IMG/VR virus record: IMGVR_UViG_3300046791_000086
Span: 1-60,355 of that record
Origin: a virus
DNA length: 60,355 nt
Strand: one strand, 5' to 3'
Below the pieces are notes generated by a model. The model did no database searches. It was not told where the DNA came from and worked only from the letters and a program-made list of their open reading frames with translations. The first letter of the stretch is position 1; the number at the start of each line of letters is the position of its first letter. Made by a program: the position numbers and the translations under genes. Below are positions 1-9,156 of the stretch, piece by piece.

Positions 1-127
1 GACTGCAGCAGTGATCGGCGCGGGGGCGTTAGACGCCCGCACTGGAGCCTCAAACGTGGCCGCGATCTTGGCCAACGCCACCGCCTGGCGCACAGGAGAG
101 AGCTTGGCAACTTCCATCGCCTTTTCG
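1..127. repeat. Terminal direct repeat, left copy (identical to 60229..60355)
   Basis: The first 127 nt equal the last 127 nt of the window. This is typical of an assembly overlap closing a circular or terminally redundant genome (unique length 60,228 bp). Confidence 0.95.
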
Positions 128-741
128 GGGTCTTTGCTAAGGGCATGAATGATCTTCTCACCCACACCGGTCTCCAGCGCAGCCTCAATAAACTGCGGTG
201 TCATCGTGCCAAGCTGGTTCAGCATAGTGATGCTTTGAGTAAATTCCGGCCCGCCGAACTCCTTCTTACCTTTCTCTGCAACTTCATTGCAGCGGTTATT
301 GAAGGACTCCGTTGCGGCGATCTGCGCGGCCATAAGCTGCGCTTGGCGAGTCACAACGTCGGCTTGGATTTGCTCCGTCGCAGCGGGCGTGGTTGCGGGG
401 GGCTGACCAGCCGCAGGCTGCAGCGAAGCCAGTTGGGTCTGTAGACGCAGGAGTTCTGCCTGAAGCTGGTCCCCACGCTGCTTTTCAGCGTACCTCTGCG
501 CGGTGATTTCATTCACCCGCTTATCAAAGATTTCCGCTGGAACAGTAGCCTTGGACTCTGGTGGCTTTGTCTCAGGTAGCACCGGGGCCGCTGCTTCCGG
601 GGAGGGAGTCGGCGTCGGCCCCGGCGCCTCGGCAATAGGCTGCGCTACAGGTGGGGTCTCGCCGCCGCCGCCGGTCTCTGCTGCCAGCACAAGCCCAGGA
701 AAGAGGGTCTGCGCTGGGCTATATCCTTGGTTCTTGGTCAT
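1..741 (-). CDS. Scaffolding-like protein, N-terminal part (ORF leaves the left edge and continues at 60355..60115; 284 aa after circularisation)
   Basis: Absent from the ORF track because it has no stop inside the window. ATG at 741 with AAGGAG upstream. Own translation MTKNQGYSPAQTLFPGLVLAAETGGGGETPP...EIFDKRVNEITAQRYAEKQRGDQLQAELLRLQ is in frame with MEVAKL of ORF 60115..60345. Ala/Gln/Glu-rich helical protein upstream of the coat gene. Confidence 0.6.
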   Translation of the reverse strand, partial: MTKNQGYSPAQTLFPGLVLAAETGGGGETPPVAQPIAEAPGPTPTPSPEAAAPVLPETKPPESKATVPAEIFDKRVNEITAQRYAEKQRGDQLQAELLRLQTQLASLQPAAGQPPATTPAATEQIQADVVTRQAQLMAAQIAATESFNNRCNEVAEKGKKEFGGPEFTQSITMLNQLGTMTPQFIEAALETGVGEKIIHALSKDPEKAMEVAKLSPVRQAVALAKIAATFEAPVRASNAPAPITAAV

Positions 742-756
742 GGTCTCTTGGGCTCC

Positions 757-1092
757 TTACACGACTCTGCTGACAAACTGGTTATCTAGGCATAATGCCT
801 CATATATTTCATCCTTCAAAACGGGATCGCGAGTCTGCACAAGCAAATCCGTCAAGGTGGCCCGAGCCTGGGGGATGAGGTACGGCAGGGCCTTGCGGAC
901 ATACGCTCGCTGGGAAGGGTGCTGCTTACGAAAGGCATTACTTAGCCCCGCGCAGCGCTCGTAGATGGTATTGGCCATTTCCACAGCCACATTCATCACC
1001 ATCTTGTGGCACTGAGTCCGCTTTTCCATGCCGAAGGTCTTTTGCGGCAGGAAAAGACCCGGCGAGCGAAAGTCTTTCTGTGTGTAGGCCAT
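757..1092 (-). CDS. Hypothetical protein (111 aa)
   Basis: ORF track 757..1095. The ATG at 1092 overlaps the stop of the upstream gene (ATGA). Same strand as the head genes. No motif recognised. Confidence 0.55.
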   Translation of the reverse strand: MAYTQKDFRSPGLFLPQKTFGMEKRTQCHKMVMNVAVEMANTIYERCAGLSNAFRKQHPSQRAYVRKALPYLIPQARATLTDLLVQTRDPVLKDEIYEALCLDNQFVSRVV

Positions 1093-3632
1093 CACTTGGG
1101 CTCCTTCTGCATGAGGGCATTGCCAGACGTGCCACCGACTAAGAGGCCAGTCAGGCCGTACTTCTTAATCAGAGACAAAACGTCCGGGTTGAAGATGACA
1201 AAGTTCCTCGTCCGCTGGTCGAAAGGCTGACGAGTTTCGAGGAGATGAATGGCTTGCTCCAAGTGGTCGCCTGGAACATGATACTTTGGATCAAGGTTCT
1301 TCGTAGACTCAATCCGGTATTTCAGTTCCTTGATAGCTCGGCCTACATCTTCTCCCGCAGCGTCGTAGACTCGCGTAGCTGTGTCAAGAGGCTGATCTCC
1401 CTTGCCAACTTCTACACGTGAGCCCTGGTCAAGATACCTGAGCCCTGGGACTCCGGCATCTGCAAGACGCTGCATGTCAGAGGTCTCCCGTGGGGCGAGC
1501 CAACGGCCTTCGCGTGAGGCGACACTGGTAATATATTCAAGTTGTGATTGTGCCCATTCCCGGCTTGCAGGTGGAGCATTTTTTGCCATATCACGCAGGT
1601 AATCGAGATTACTAAGGCGCGGTGGGAGGTCTAAGCCAGCTTTATTAAGGGCCGGAAGTAAGTGCTCCTGACTACCAAGGGGTGCATCGTAATTAATGAA
1701 GGACTTGGGGTCTGCATGAAGGCCAAATTCATACAACTTGCCTTTGCTCTCTACCTTTGGCGCAGCGGCGTGGAGCTTATCTATAGCCTTGTTGAAGTCA
1801 ATCATCGCATTATTACCGGAGACTGAGTATCTAGCTCTATCTACTGCGGTGTGGAAGTCCTCCTTGTTATCTTGCATATGGCTGAGAATTTTGTTGGCAA
1901 AATGTTTTTCCAAGCTATTATCAAAATCCATCTGATCGAGCAGATCTTCAAAATGACCAGTCTGGGCTCTGCCGTTTATAGTCATGGTTGTGTTCGCAGG
2001 AGATAGGGTTCTTTTATACTCTTCTGCAACCTTTCGCTCCTGAGCAGTGTAGAAGCCCTTTCCAAAGGCCGCACCGCCCTCGCCAGTGCCAATCTTGCCC
2101 AAGTCCACGGCGTCAAAATCATGTGGCGAGCCGTGCCAAAGGCTCCCAAACGGGGCCTCGCCAGTGCTAAGCCGCTGCTCTTGACTCGGCCCTGGCCCTG
2201 CGGGGCCAATGTCTCCGGTGCCAGTGTTGTCAGTAAAGACCTCCTCCGGTGGCCGACGCCCGCGGAAGAGTTCATTATCCACCATCTGAAGCTGCGGCGC
2301 GACCCGTTCTGTGAGCCAGGGGTACTTGAGCAGGGCTTGGATTTTGGCGTATTCAGGATTATCAGGCTCAAGATTCGCGAGCCTGCGTTGCAGCGCCAGC
2401 CGGTCCATGGCATTATTGGCCTCGGCCTCTCCCGCGCTCCGTGTATAGCCAAGCTCACCAACAGCCAAGCGCATTCCTTCAACTACGCTCTTCGGAACGC
2501 CAGTCTGTCGATAACCCGCAGCAAGATTCTCGTGCATTTGCCAAGCGGTAGAAGCACGCTGTTTTTCCAAGTCGCTTAGTTGTCCGAAGGGCTTATGGAA
2601 TTTTTCCTCCGCATAGACCTCATACGGCATGGACTCTGTAACAGCATTCATCTTCTCGGTGAAGAGCTTCTGGGCACTTGGGCGCAAGCTCGTAGGCGCG
2701 GCGCCCCCCGCAAAGCCCTCGACGTTCTGGACAGTGTGGCCGACTTCATGAATGGCTGTTGGCAAGCCACTTGCCGTGCCCAGCGTCATTGGGTTGTATG
2801 TGTTCCAGTTACGGCCAGGGTTAAAAGCACCACCGGGGCCTAGTTTATAAGTCAGAGGTATATCTTTTAGCTCCGGGTAGGCTTTGAAAAGCGCATCGTG
2901 CTCAATATAATCCCCAAGCGTCTTAGGCGCAGAATTGGGCATAAGAACGTCTTTTTTGTCTCCAGAGATCGTAGACTGCACAACAGAGTAGTTCTGCGGA
3001 ATTGGCTTCTTTATCTTCGCCCCTTCGTCAGAAATCTCAAACTGCCATGCGGGCTTCGGCTGCTGGTCCCGTGGCAAGCCGAAGGATTCCAGCTGCCGGT
3101 TCTGGATCACCGGGAAGAGCCCCGTCTGGTCGAAGATGTCCTTTACTGGCGCACCCTTCGCCCACATATCATTCGCTAGGGGCTCCATATGGTGCGGATA
3201 AGTGTCTGCCAGCTTGCCGCCAAACGTCCCCCGCTCGTCCATCATCAGCGCGTTGCCAAGGGTCCGAAGCTCAGGCATGGCCTCAGCAATAGGCTTCGCC
3301 GCCCCCGGAACGGCGGAAAGGAGCGTTTGCAAAGCCGCATCGCGGGCGGCAGGCATGTCTCCTTCGCCAAGGCGGGTTATAACGTCCTTTGCATGGAAGG
3401 GGGCCTGTGCGACCACGGCGGGCGTGTAGGACAACGTATTGACAAGGCGGTCAGCCTTGGCCTGTCCCGCGCGGTCATCCCCATACCAGTTCGCTGAGAG
3501 CCAGTTTTTAGCCTGTTCCAGCGCGTCAGGCGTATAAGGCCGCAAGGAGCCAGGGTCTCTGTACTGCGCCCCCGCGAAGAGCCCATTAGGCGGGCTCGGC
3601 GCTTCCCATGGAAACTGAAGAGTGCTGCCCAC
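1092..3632 (-). CDS. Head-module polyvalent protein: HExxH metallopeptidase-like centre plus ADP-ribosyltransferase-like C-terminal region
   Basis: 846-aa ORF with a GTG start overlapping the upstream stop, two genes after portal. AIHEVGHTVQNVEGFAGG (HEVGH at 2736..2750) then YTRSAGEAEANNA. Later WHGSPHDFD..GKGFYTAQERKVAEEY, GVPGLRYLD and NFVIFNPD resemble modules of phage/plasmid polyvalent proteins (recalled, not searched). Confidence 0.55.
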   Translation of the reverse strand: MGSTLQFPWEAPSPPNGLFAGAQYRDPGSLRPYTPDALEQAKNWLSANWYGDDRAGQAKADRLVNTLSYTPAVVAQAPFHAKDVITRLGEGDMPAARDAALQTLLSAVPGAAKPIAEAMPELRTLGNALMMDERGTFGGKLADTYPHHMEPLANDMWAKGAPVKDIFDQTGLFPVIQNRQLESFGLPRDQQPKPAWQFEISDEGAKIKKPIPQNYSVVQSTISGDKKDVLMPNSAPKTLGDYIEHDALFKAYPELKDIPLTYKLGPGGAFNPGRNWNTYNPMTLGTASGLPTAIHEVGHTVQNVEGFAGGAAPTSLRPSAQKLFTEKMNAVTESMPYEVYAEEKFHKPFGQLSDLEKQRASTAWQMHENLAAGYRQTGVPKSVVEGMRLAVGELGYTRSAGEAEANNAMDRLALQRRLANLEPDNPEYAKIQALLKYPWLTERVAPQLQMVDNELFRGRRPPEEVFTDNTGTGDIGPAGPGPSQEQRLSTGEAPFGSLWHGSPHDFDAVDLGKIGTGEGGAAFGKGFYTAQERKVAEEYKRTLSPANTTMTINGRAQTGHFEDLLDQMDFDNSLEKHFANKILSHMQDNKEDFHTAVDRARYSVSGNNAMIDFNKAIDKLHAAAPKVESKGKLYEFGLHADPKSFINYDAPLGSQEHLLPALNKAGLDLPPRLSNLDYLRDMAKNAPPASREWAQSQLEYITSVASREGRWLAPRETSDMQRLADAGVPGLRYLDQGSRVEVGKGDQPLDTATRVYDAAGEDVGRAIKELKYRIESTKNLDPKYHVPGDHLEQAIHLLETRQPFDQRTRNFVIFNPDVLSLIKKYGLTGLLVGGTSGNALMQKEPK

Positions 3633-4066
3633 TAGAAGAAGCCCCCTGTGAACAGCCCGCCAGCACCGGCCCCTGCACCACCTCCGTGCATCATCTGGAT
3701 CATAGCCATAAGCCGAGCAAAGCCCTCAGAGTTTTGCTGCGGCATTAGAGAATTAGTGCCAGAACTCGGCGTGGGGTTTGCCAAGGTGGAAGGCGGCTGG
3801 GCTTGCGGTGGGGTGAAGCCGGTGAAGCGAGTGGGATCGTTAGGGTCGCTTTGGATGAGTTGGTTGTCTCCACCACCAGCACCTTGGCCCCGCTGGCTTT
3901 GCCATTGCTTCATTATGTTCATCAGCCCAAGGCTCGTCCGCATATCCGGCCCCATATACGCGAAGCCGCCGCCAGGAAACTGGTCGCCGTATTTTGGCAT
4001 ACCATAGCCGAAGTCTCCCATGGTCTGGGGGATAAACATTGAGCCACCGCTGTTCGGCATGTCCAT
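3632..4066 (-). CDS. Hypothetical Gly/Met/Gln/Pro-rich head-module protein (144 aa)
   Basis: ORF track. Begins 13 nt after the portal stop with AAGGA upstream. Low-complexity composition. Confidence 0.55.
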   Translation of the reverse strand: MDMPNSGGSMFIPQTMGDFGYGMPKYGDQFPGGGFAYMGPDMRTSLGLMNIMKQWQSQRGQGAGGGDNQLIQSDPNDPTRFTGFTPPQAQPPSTLANPTPSSGTNSLMPQQNSEGFARLMAMIQMMHGGGAGAGAGGLFTGGFF

Positions 4067-4078
4067 GGGAGTCTGTCC

Positions 4079-6226
4079 TTATCCGTTAAACCGAGTGCCG
4101 ATCATGCCACCGTTAGGCGCGAGCGGGCGCTGCGTAGCCAAGTCCCCGGCCAAGGCCGGGATGCCAGACTGCGCGATAGTGTCCGGAGCAGTAGCCTTGG
4201 CCAACTGCGCGGGCTCTTGCATCATGTCCGCGACCAACTGTATAAACGCCAGCTTGAGTTCTTGCGCACTCTGGCCGGAGTCCAGCAGGACCTTGATCCG
4301 GTCTGTATAAGCGCCGTAGCTGTCTACGCCAGTCTTGCCCTGCTGACGCAGGATTTGAGCCTGGGAGACCACAAGCTGGTCCATGAGAGCCTGGATTGTG
4401 CCCTGCATGTTCTGGACCTGTTGAGTAAGCTGCTTTTCGTTGTCTGTAGGCCCGGTGCCGAGCGCCGCTGGGGGCACCATGCGCTTCATGCGTTCCGCCG
4501 CCTCGTCGGCAAGGGGGAAGTCCGCCGCGCGCAGCAATATATCCCCGACAATGGCTGTCAAGGCTGGGTTCTGCGCCAGCATCACACTAAGCGCGTTGAA
4601 TGCTTCCTGACGCTGCGTTCCGTAGCCTGGGCCAATATCCGCTTGTACCTCGTAATACCCAACATTTGGATTAAGGAAGCGGGCTTGTGGCTGACCATCA
4701 GCCCCAGTTTGTTCAGAATACGCCTCTTTCGCATTGGGATCAACTTGAAGCTCCTGGGTTGTAGCGTCTTGGCCGAGGATCATAATTGTGCGCTTCGTGT
4801 CATAGATCGTTGGGATCATGCCAAGTATGATCTTGCCGGTGTACTTGACGCCTATTGCCAGGCCGTTGATGTAGTGATAAGTCGCGTTGTCGCCTTGGCG
4901 CTGGCGGGCATTGATCGCCGCGCCCGTGCGCTCGTTGCCCTGCTGGCCCATTTGGTTATCATACTGGCCAGAGACCAGCATCATTTCCATTTGCGAGACT
5001 TTCATGCCATCCAAGGCCACCGGGGCAGACATTGGCGGCGTGACCCGTATGGGAGGGTCCAGCTTCTGGCCATTATCATCATAAGCGTTGTAGGGCAAGA
5101 ACGCCAAGTTTTCAGTATTTGCCTTAGCCCAGACATCCTCATAGCCTTCCATCGCGCCCGCCGCCGCGACCCAGGGAGTCTTGGTCTGCAAAGCCCCGTA
5201 CTCGACACTGGCTGAGGACCAGTAATTATACATGCGCTGGGGGTCTTTCAGCGCGCGGGTGTGAGATTTACGGTCTAGCACGCCTTCAATGCGGATTTCC
5301 TCGCCTGTGATCTGCACTACAGGCACGTAGCGGCCTGGGACGACTTTTGTGTCTAAGACGCTGTGGCCGACGATCAAAAACCACTCAACCTTGGGGTTAA
5401 GAGTCGGTCTCGTCATCACATCTGGGTTCTCATCCATCATCTTCTGAGCTTCTTCGCTCAGTTCTGACTTCTTCATCACCGCGCCCTGCGGAGTGCGGTA
5501 GAGCGTGTCCGGCTCCCAGGTGCGGCGGTAGTATTCACAGACCATCACATCGTCCCCAGCGAGAAACGGGCTCTCCGGGTTCAGGCCGAGCGTGGCAGAG
5601 CCATCCGAGTCTTGGTACTGGGGGAATTTGGCCTTTACAGTGTCTTTGGATTTCGTCTCGAAGAGAAAAGCGTAGTTCATGTCGCTTTTATCAGGCTCCC
5701 GCGCATCGGGGTCGATGTAGACCGTGAGCGGGTCAGCGATATGCTTGATGCGGATGTCCTGGTCAAAGGACATTTCATTGCAGTATTCCGTCATCACCCT
5801 CCAATACCCAACCCCGCCGCTGACGCAGAAGTTCATCGCGGAGTCATAAATGTCCTGCGCAGCGGAGTGGTATTCAATATACCGCATGATACCGGCAAAG
5901 CTCTGAGCGCTGGAATACGTGCTGCCGCCGCCCGTGGGGCGCACAGCGATGCCAGGCTTGTTTTGCCGCGCATCGTTGACGATCTGGAGGTTGTGCTGGC
6001 GAGTTTTGTTAATGGTCAGGTACGGCTTGCCGTCGTTCTTGCGCGAAGTAACAAGCTGCTGTTCCCACTGCCAGTGGTTGTCAGAGTCGCCGTTGGCAAA
6101 GCGCAGATCATTCAAAAACCTGACTCTTGCCTGGCTCTCAAACTGATCGCAGCGAGCGAAGCGCTCTTCAGCTTCTTTGAAGAAGTCCGCCTTGGCGTCC
6201 CGCATCTTGGGGTCTACCGCATCCAT
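4079..6226 (-). CDS. Portal protein
   Basis: 715-aa ORF overlapping the 3' end of the large terminase gene, with AGGAG 7 nt upstream. Size, position and N-terminal region (DLRFANGDSDNHWQWE, QNKPGIAVRP, GGVGYWRV) fit P22/T7-type portals. Confidence 0.85.
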   Translation of the reverse strand: MDAVDPKMRDAKADFFKEAEERFARCDQFESQARVRFLNDLRFANGDSDNHWQWEQQLVTSRKNDGKPYLTINKTRQHNLQIVNDARQNKPGIAVRPTGGGSTYSSAQSFAGIMRYIEYHSAAQDIYDSAMNFCVSGGVGYWRVMTEYCNEMSFDQDIRIKHIADPLTVYIDPDAREPDKSDMNYAFLFETKSKDTVKAKFPQYQDSDGSATLGLNPESPFLAGDDVMVCEYYRRTWEPDTLYRTPQGAVMKKSELSEEAQKMMDENPDVMTRPTLNPKVEWFLIVGHSVLDTKVVPGRYVPVVQITGEEIRIEGVLDRKSHTRALKDPQRMYNYWSSASVEYGALQTKTPWVAAAGAMEGYEDVWAKANTENLAFLPYNAYDDNGQKLDPPIRVTPPMSAPVALDGMKVSQMEMMLVSGQYDNQMGQQGNERTGAAINARQRQGDNATYHYINGLAIGVKYTGKIILGMIPTIYDTKRTIMILGQDATTQELQVDPNAKEAYSEQTGADGQPQARFLNPNVGYYEVQADIGPGYGTQRQEAFNALSVMLAQNPALTAIVGDILLRAADFPLADEAAERMKRMVPPAALGTGPTDNEKQLTQQVQNMQGTIQALMDQLVVSQAQILRQQGKTGVDSYGAYTDRIKVLLDSGQSAQELKLAFIQLVADMMQEPAQLAKATAPDTIAQSGIPALAGDLATQRPLAPNGGMIGTRFNG

Positions 6227-7581
6227 CCTGTGTCTCCTAGAGAAGATGCCAAAGCGCGGCCCAGGTTACGTATCTTCCCGCTGGCGGCTTCAACGAGCGA
6301 AGTGTTAAGATTGGGGTTCCGAGGCTCTTTACTAGCCACAGCGCTGTAGCGGAAAGCGTCCGCGCCGTGAGAGTATTGGTCATGCACTGGGTCTTCGGAC
6401 AAGCGCCCAGTGTTGTCATTTTTCTCATACCTGTAGTGCATTAGGCACTGAAGCCCATCGCGGCACGCGGCTTGGTCGAACCAGGAGTTAGGAAAGACCG
6501 TCCGCGCGGCGTTAATGCCATCGTAGACCCGGAGATTAGGCACAATTCGAGTCCTATAGCCTTTGGCCATGATCTGCTCTCTAACAGAGAGCTTAGTTCC
6601 AACAGTCTTGGACTTGGCGTCATGCGGAAGCCAGACCGTCCCGTAGATGTAACCCATATTCTGCATGTAGGCGAGGTAATGGTCGATGTGGAACTGGGAG
6701 GCCTCGTAGTAGTTAATATACCGGAACTGGAAGTTCGCGTACTGCCTAAACCACATGCTTGTACTATCGGCATGGCCAAGGTCAAAAAATACGTCCACAG
6801 GGAGTTTTCTGTCATAGGGAACCCGACAAATGCGCTCCTCCGCATCAGCGTCCCGAAGTTCTTTAGCGTAGACCGCTCCTTCGAGCATCTTGCGGCATTT
6901 GCCTTCCCAAACCCAGAGGTAAGCATCCAAGTCATTGCGCTTAAGCTCCTCCATTTCGGCCCGAAGGACATCTGGAAACCAGGGGTTATCCCGCCAAGTT
7001 ATGTAAACCACATCACTATTATCACGAGGATGCACCACAAAATGCTGGTAAGTGTAATCAATCTCCAGTTCAGGGTTAAAGCTGATCCAGATTTCACTCG
7101 CTGGCTTACGAATGGTAGGAATGAGTATATTCCAGGAAGTCTTGGTGACTTTGTTAGCTTCTTCCACCCAGCAGATGTCAAAGTCCTCATAGCTTTTGAT
7201 TTTGTCCGTGTTATTGCGGATACCCGCGAATTGAAACTCGCCACCAGTGGCTTTGCAGCGGATTTCGGTGTTGAGTATGTCAAAGAGCCCGGAAAGGCCC
7301 ATTTTTTCAATCTGGCTGGACAAAAGCTTGTGCACAGACTCGGAGATTGAGTTCTGCAACTCTCTGGCGCAGAGCACCCGGAGGGGTTTTTGCAGCATTT
7401 GCAAAATCAGCGCCCGCGCATAGCCCCAGCTCTTCGCGCCGCCCCTGCCGCCGTAGGCGACCTTGTATCTCTTCGCGGAGAACAAAAACTGGAGCTTTGG
7501 CGGAAAGTCCGCGTTCACAGTAAGCGCACCGGGGGCAAGGAGGGAATTATTCATGGAAGATGCTGTCCCAAAGCCGGACAA
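6214..7581 (-). CDS. terL: Terminase large subunit (PBSX/Terminase_3-like)
   Basis: 455 aa. Walker A-like YGGRGGAKSWG. Downstream ICWVEEA and WISFNPE are typical of this family. Start uncertain (TTG 7581 or ATG 7554). Confidence 0.9.
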   Translation of the reverse strand: MSGFGTASSMNNSLLAPGALTVNADFPPKLQFLFSAKRYKVAYGGRGGAKSWGYARALILQMLQKPLRVLCARELQNSISESVHKLLSSQIEKMGLSGLFDILNTEIRCKATGGEFQFAGIRNNTDKIKSYEDFDICWVEEANKVTKTSWNILIPTIRKPASEIWISFNPELEIDYTYQHFVVHPRDNSDVVYITWRDNPWFPDVLRAEMEELKRNDLDAYLWVWEGKCRKMLEGAVYAKELRDADAEERICRVPYDRKLPVDVFFDLGHADSTSMWFRQYANFQFRYINYYEASQFHIDHYLAYMQNMGYIYGTVWLPHDAKSKTVGTKLSVREQIMAKGYRTRIVPNLRVYDGINAARTVFPNSWFDQAACRDGLQCLMHYRYEKNDNTGRLSEDPVHDQYSHGADAFRYSAVASKEPRNPNLNTSLVEAASGKIRNLGRALASSLGDTGWMR

Positions 7582-7681
7582 GCTCCAAAGTAGGGCGGGC
7601 AGACCGAGCCCTCAGTCTTACCCGCCCCGGCGAGGGGAAGAAGCCAGACCCCCGCCAAACATGAAGCCAAGACCACAGAAC

Positions 7682-8203
7682 TTAGCTCCAATTCAACGCG
7701 CTAGACAGGTAGAAGAGGGTGGAAGTGACACATAAGATTTCCAGCGTGTCCACAGCCGCCGCTCCGACGGAGAGCGTGGGCGCTACGCCCCCAGCGAACT
7801 TGTACTGGTTGCCGTAGGTCAGCAAATGCGGCTCAGTTGGCCCTTGAGTGACCTTAACAAGGCGCTTGGTGCCCGGCTGGCCGCCAGTGGGGTTGCCAAG
7901 CACATGATCTCCGGTAAGAGTCAGAGAGCGGTTGATACCCGCTGTCCAGTCGAAGGCCACCGTCGCGGCGTCGAGCATGGCGACGAAGGCCGCAGAGCTT
8001 GCAATCAGGTCCGCGGTCAGGAACTTGCCCGCTGTGGCCGCCCAGACATCCGCCGCAGCGCCGGGCGCGGCGTCCCCTGTCGCTGAAGCGTTGGCCGCTA
8101 GGTCTCGGAGGATTTCATAGAGCTTTTCCCCGCTCAAATGGGTCCAAGGGTGCAAAGACTCAATGTCGGCCTTGATATTGGTGGAAGAGCGGGTCATGGG
8201 CAT
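7682..8203 (-). CDS. Hypothetical protein (173 aa)
   Basis: ORF track, immediately upstream of terL. ATG at 8203 or 8197 (AGGAA upstream). No motif recognised. Does not look like a classical small terminase. Confidence 0.55.
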   Translation of the reverse strand: MPMTRSSTNIKADIESLHPWTHLSGEKLYEILRDLAANASATGDAAPGAAADVWAATAGKFLTADLIASSAAFVAMLDAATVAFDWTAGINRSLTLTGDHVLGNPTGGQPGTKRLVKVTQGPTEPHLLTYGNQYKFAGGVAPTLSVGAAAVDTLEILCVTSTLFYLSSALNWS

Positions 8204-8301
8204 GTTCCTGTGGTTAGGCCAAAGGGGCTACTGGGAGCAGAATGCCTCAGAAGCGGAGCTTTGGCAAGGCAAAAGGTGGGAAAATTTGGCCATTATGGCC
8301 C

Positions 8302-8760
8302 TTAAACTGGCCCCCTACCGATCCAGTGGAGTACAGGCCAGGAATTTGGCAAAAAGGCCAGCACAGAGGCCAAATCAGCACAAATTTTGTCCCTCGGCGT
8401 GTCCGGGGAGAGGTACTTTAGCGCCACCGCGCCGCGAACGGGCCGGGAGTACGCCTTAGCCAAAACTGGCGCGTAGAGATGCTGGAGTTGGAGGCAAGCC
8501 TCGGCATAATTGGTCAATTTGGCCTCTATGACCAAGATTTCGTCCTTGCCTTCGAGCACTAAGTCCGGCTGGCAAAACCCTCTGCCGTTTCGGTCGCAGA
8601 ACTCGAACCAGAGCCCGTGCTTGGCTTGGGGCAGGGCCTTGGCGAGTGCTTTTTCATAACTAAGGCCCAAGCCCTTAGCGCCTTTTGGTCTGCGCTTGAG
8701 CTTGGGCCAAGGACTCTGGGCGGGGCGCGCCCAGAGGAGGTCGTGTACGTGCCTGGCCAT
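8302..8760 (-). CDS. PD-(D/E)XK-fold nuclease-like protein
   Basis: 152 aa. CQPDLVLEGKDEILVIEAKLT gives a D..(n)..E-x-K arrangement typical of restriction-endonuclease-fold nucleases. Confidence 0.55.
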   Translation of the reverse strand: MARHVHDLLWARPAQSPWPKLKRRPKGAKGLGLSYEKALAKALPQAKHGLWFEFCDRNGRGFCQPDLVLEGKDEILVIEAKLTNYAEACLQLQHLYAPVLAKAYSRPVRGAVALKYLSPDTPRDKICADLASVLAFLPNSWPVLHWIGRGPV

Positions 8761-8778
8761 GGCTGGGAGCCGGTGGCC

Positions 8779-9156
8779 TTAGGGAGTGGCGGCGGGGGTA
8801 TTGCTGGCAGCCGCGACAATGGCCTCCAGCGCGGCGTTGTTTTCGTCAACCTTGGCCTGTGCGGCGTCGATTGCCTCCTGGTCATTGCCCTGAGCAATTA
8901 GAGCGTCGAGCTGGGCCTGGAGATCAGTCGCTTTCTGCGTAAGCAGAGCCTGAGCGGACTGGACGGACTTGATAAGGTCGGACTCCCGCGCCACAGAGGC
9001 GAGAAGGTTGGTGGTGTCACCCATGATAGACTCCTGTGTAGAGGTTAAGGTAAGAAGCAGCTCGATAATGCGCTGACTACTGCGCTCTAGGCTCACGAGA
9101 CGCCGCTCAATGTCCCGTAATTCTCTTAGTTCCTTCTGCGAGTCGAAGAGAGACAT
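8779..9156 (-). CDS. Hypothetical coiled-coil protein (125 aa)
   Basis: ORF track 8779..9159. The ATG at 9156 overlaps the upstream stop by 1 nt. Heptad-like Leu/Gln/Ala-rich sequence. Confidence 0.55.
   Translation of the reverse strand: MSLFDSQKELRELRDIERRLVSLERSSQRIIELLLTLTSTQESIMGDTTNLLASVARESDLIKSVQSAQALLTQKATDLQAQLDALIAQGNDQEAIDAAQAKVDENNAALEAIVAAASNTPAATP

Noticed and set aside
1-127. Biological direct terminal repeat.
   Set aside because: The length equals a standard assembler k-mer and the repeat falls inside a gene. An assembly overlap is more likely, though this cannot be excluded without reads.
4217-5215. 332-aa plus-strand ORF antisense to the portal gene. Similar long antisense ORFs lie at 5612..6349, 6472..7350, 15782..16477, 19695..20552, 24082..24954, 28718..29260, 33188..33796, 43383..44351, 51057..52223, 53467..54183, 55786..56610, 56629..57258 and 58652..59269.
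   Set aside because: Each lies opposite a gene with clear family motifs or strong context. Their products are Arg/Gly/Leu/His-rich with no SD sites. These are typical shadow ORFs of moderately GC-rich DNA.
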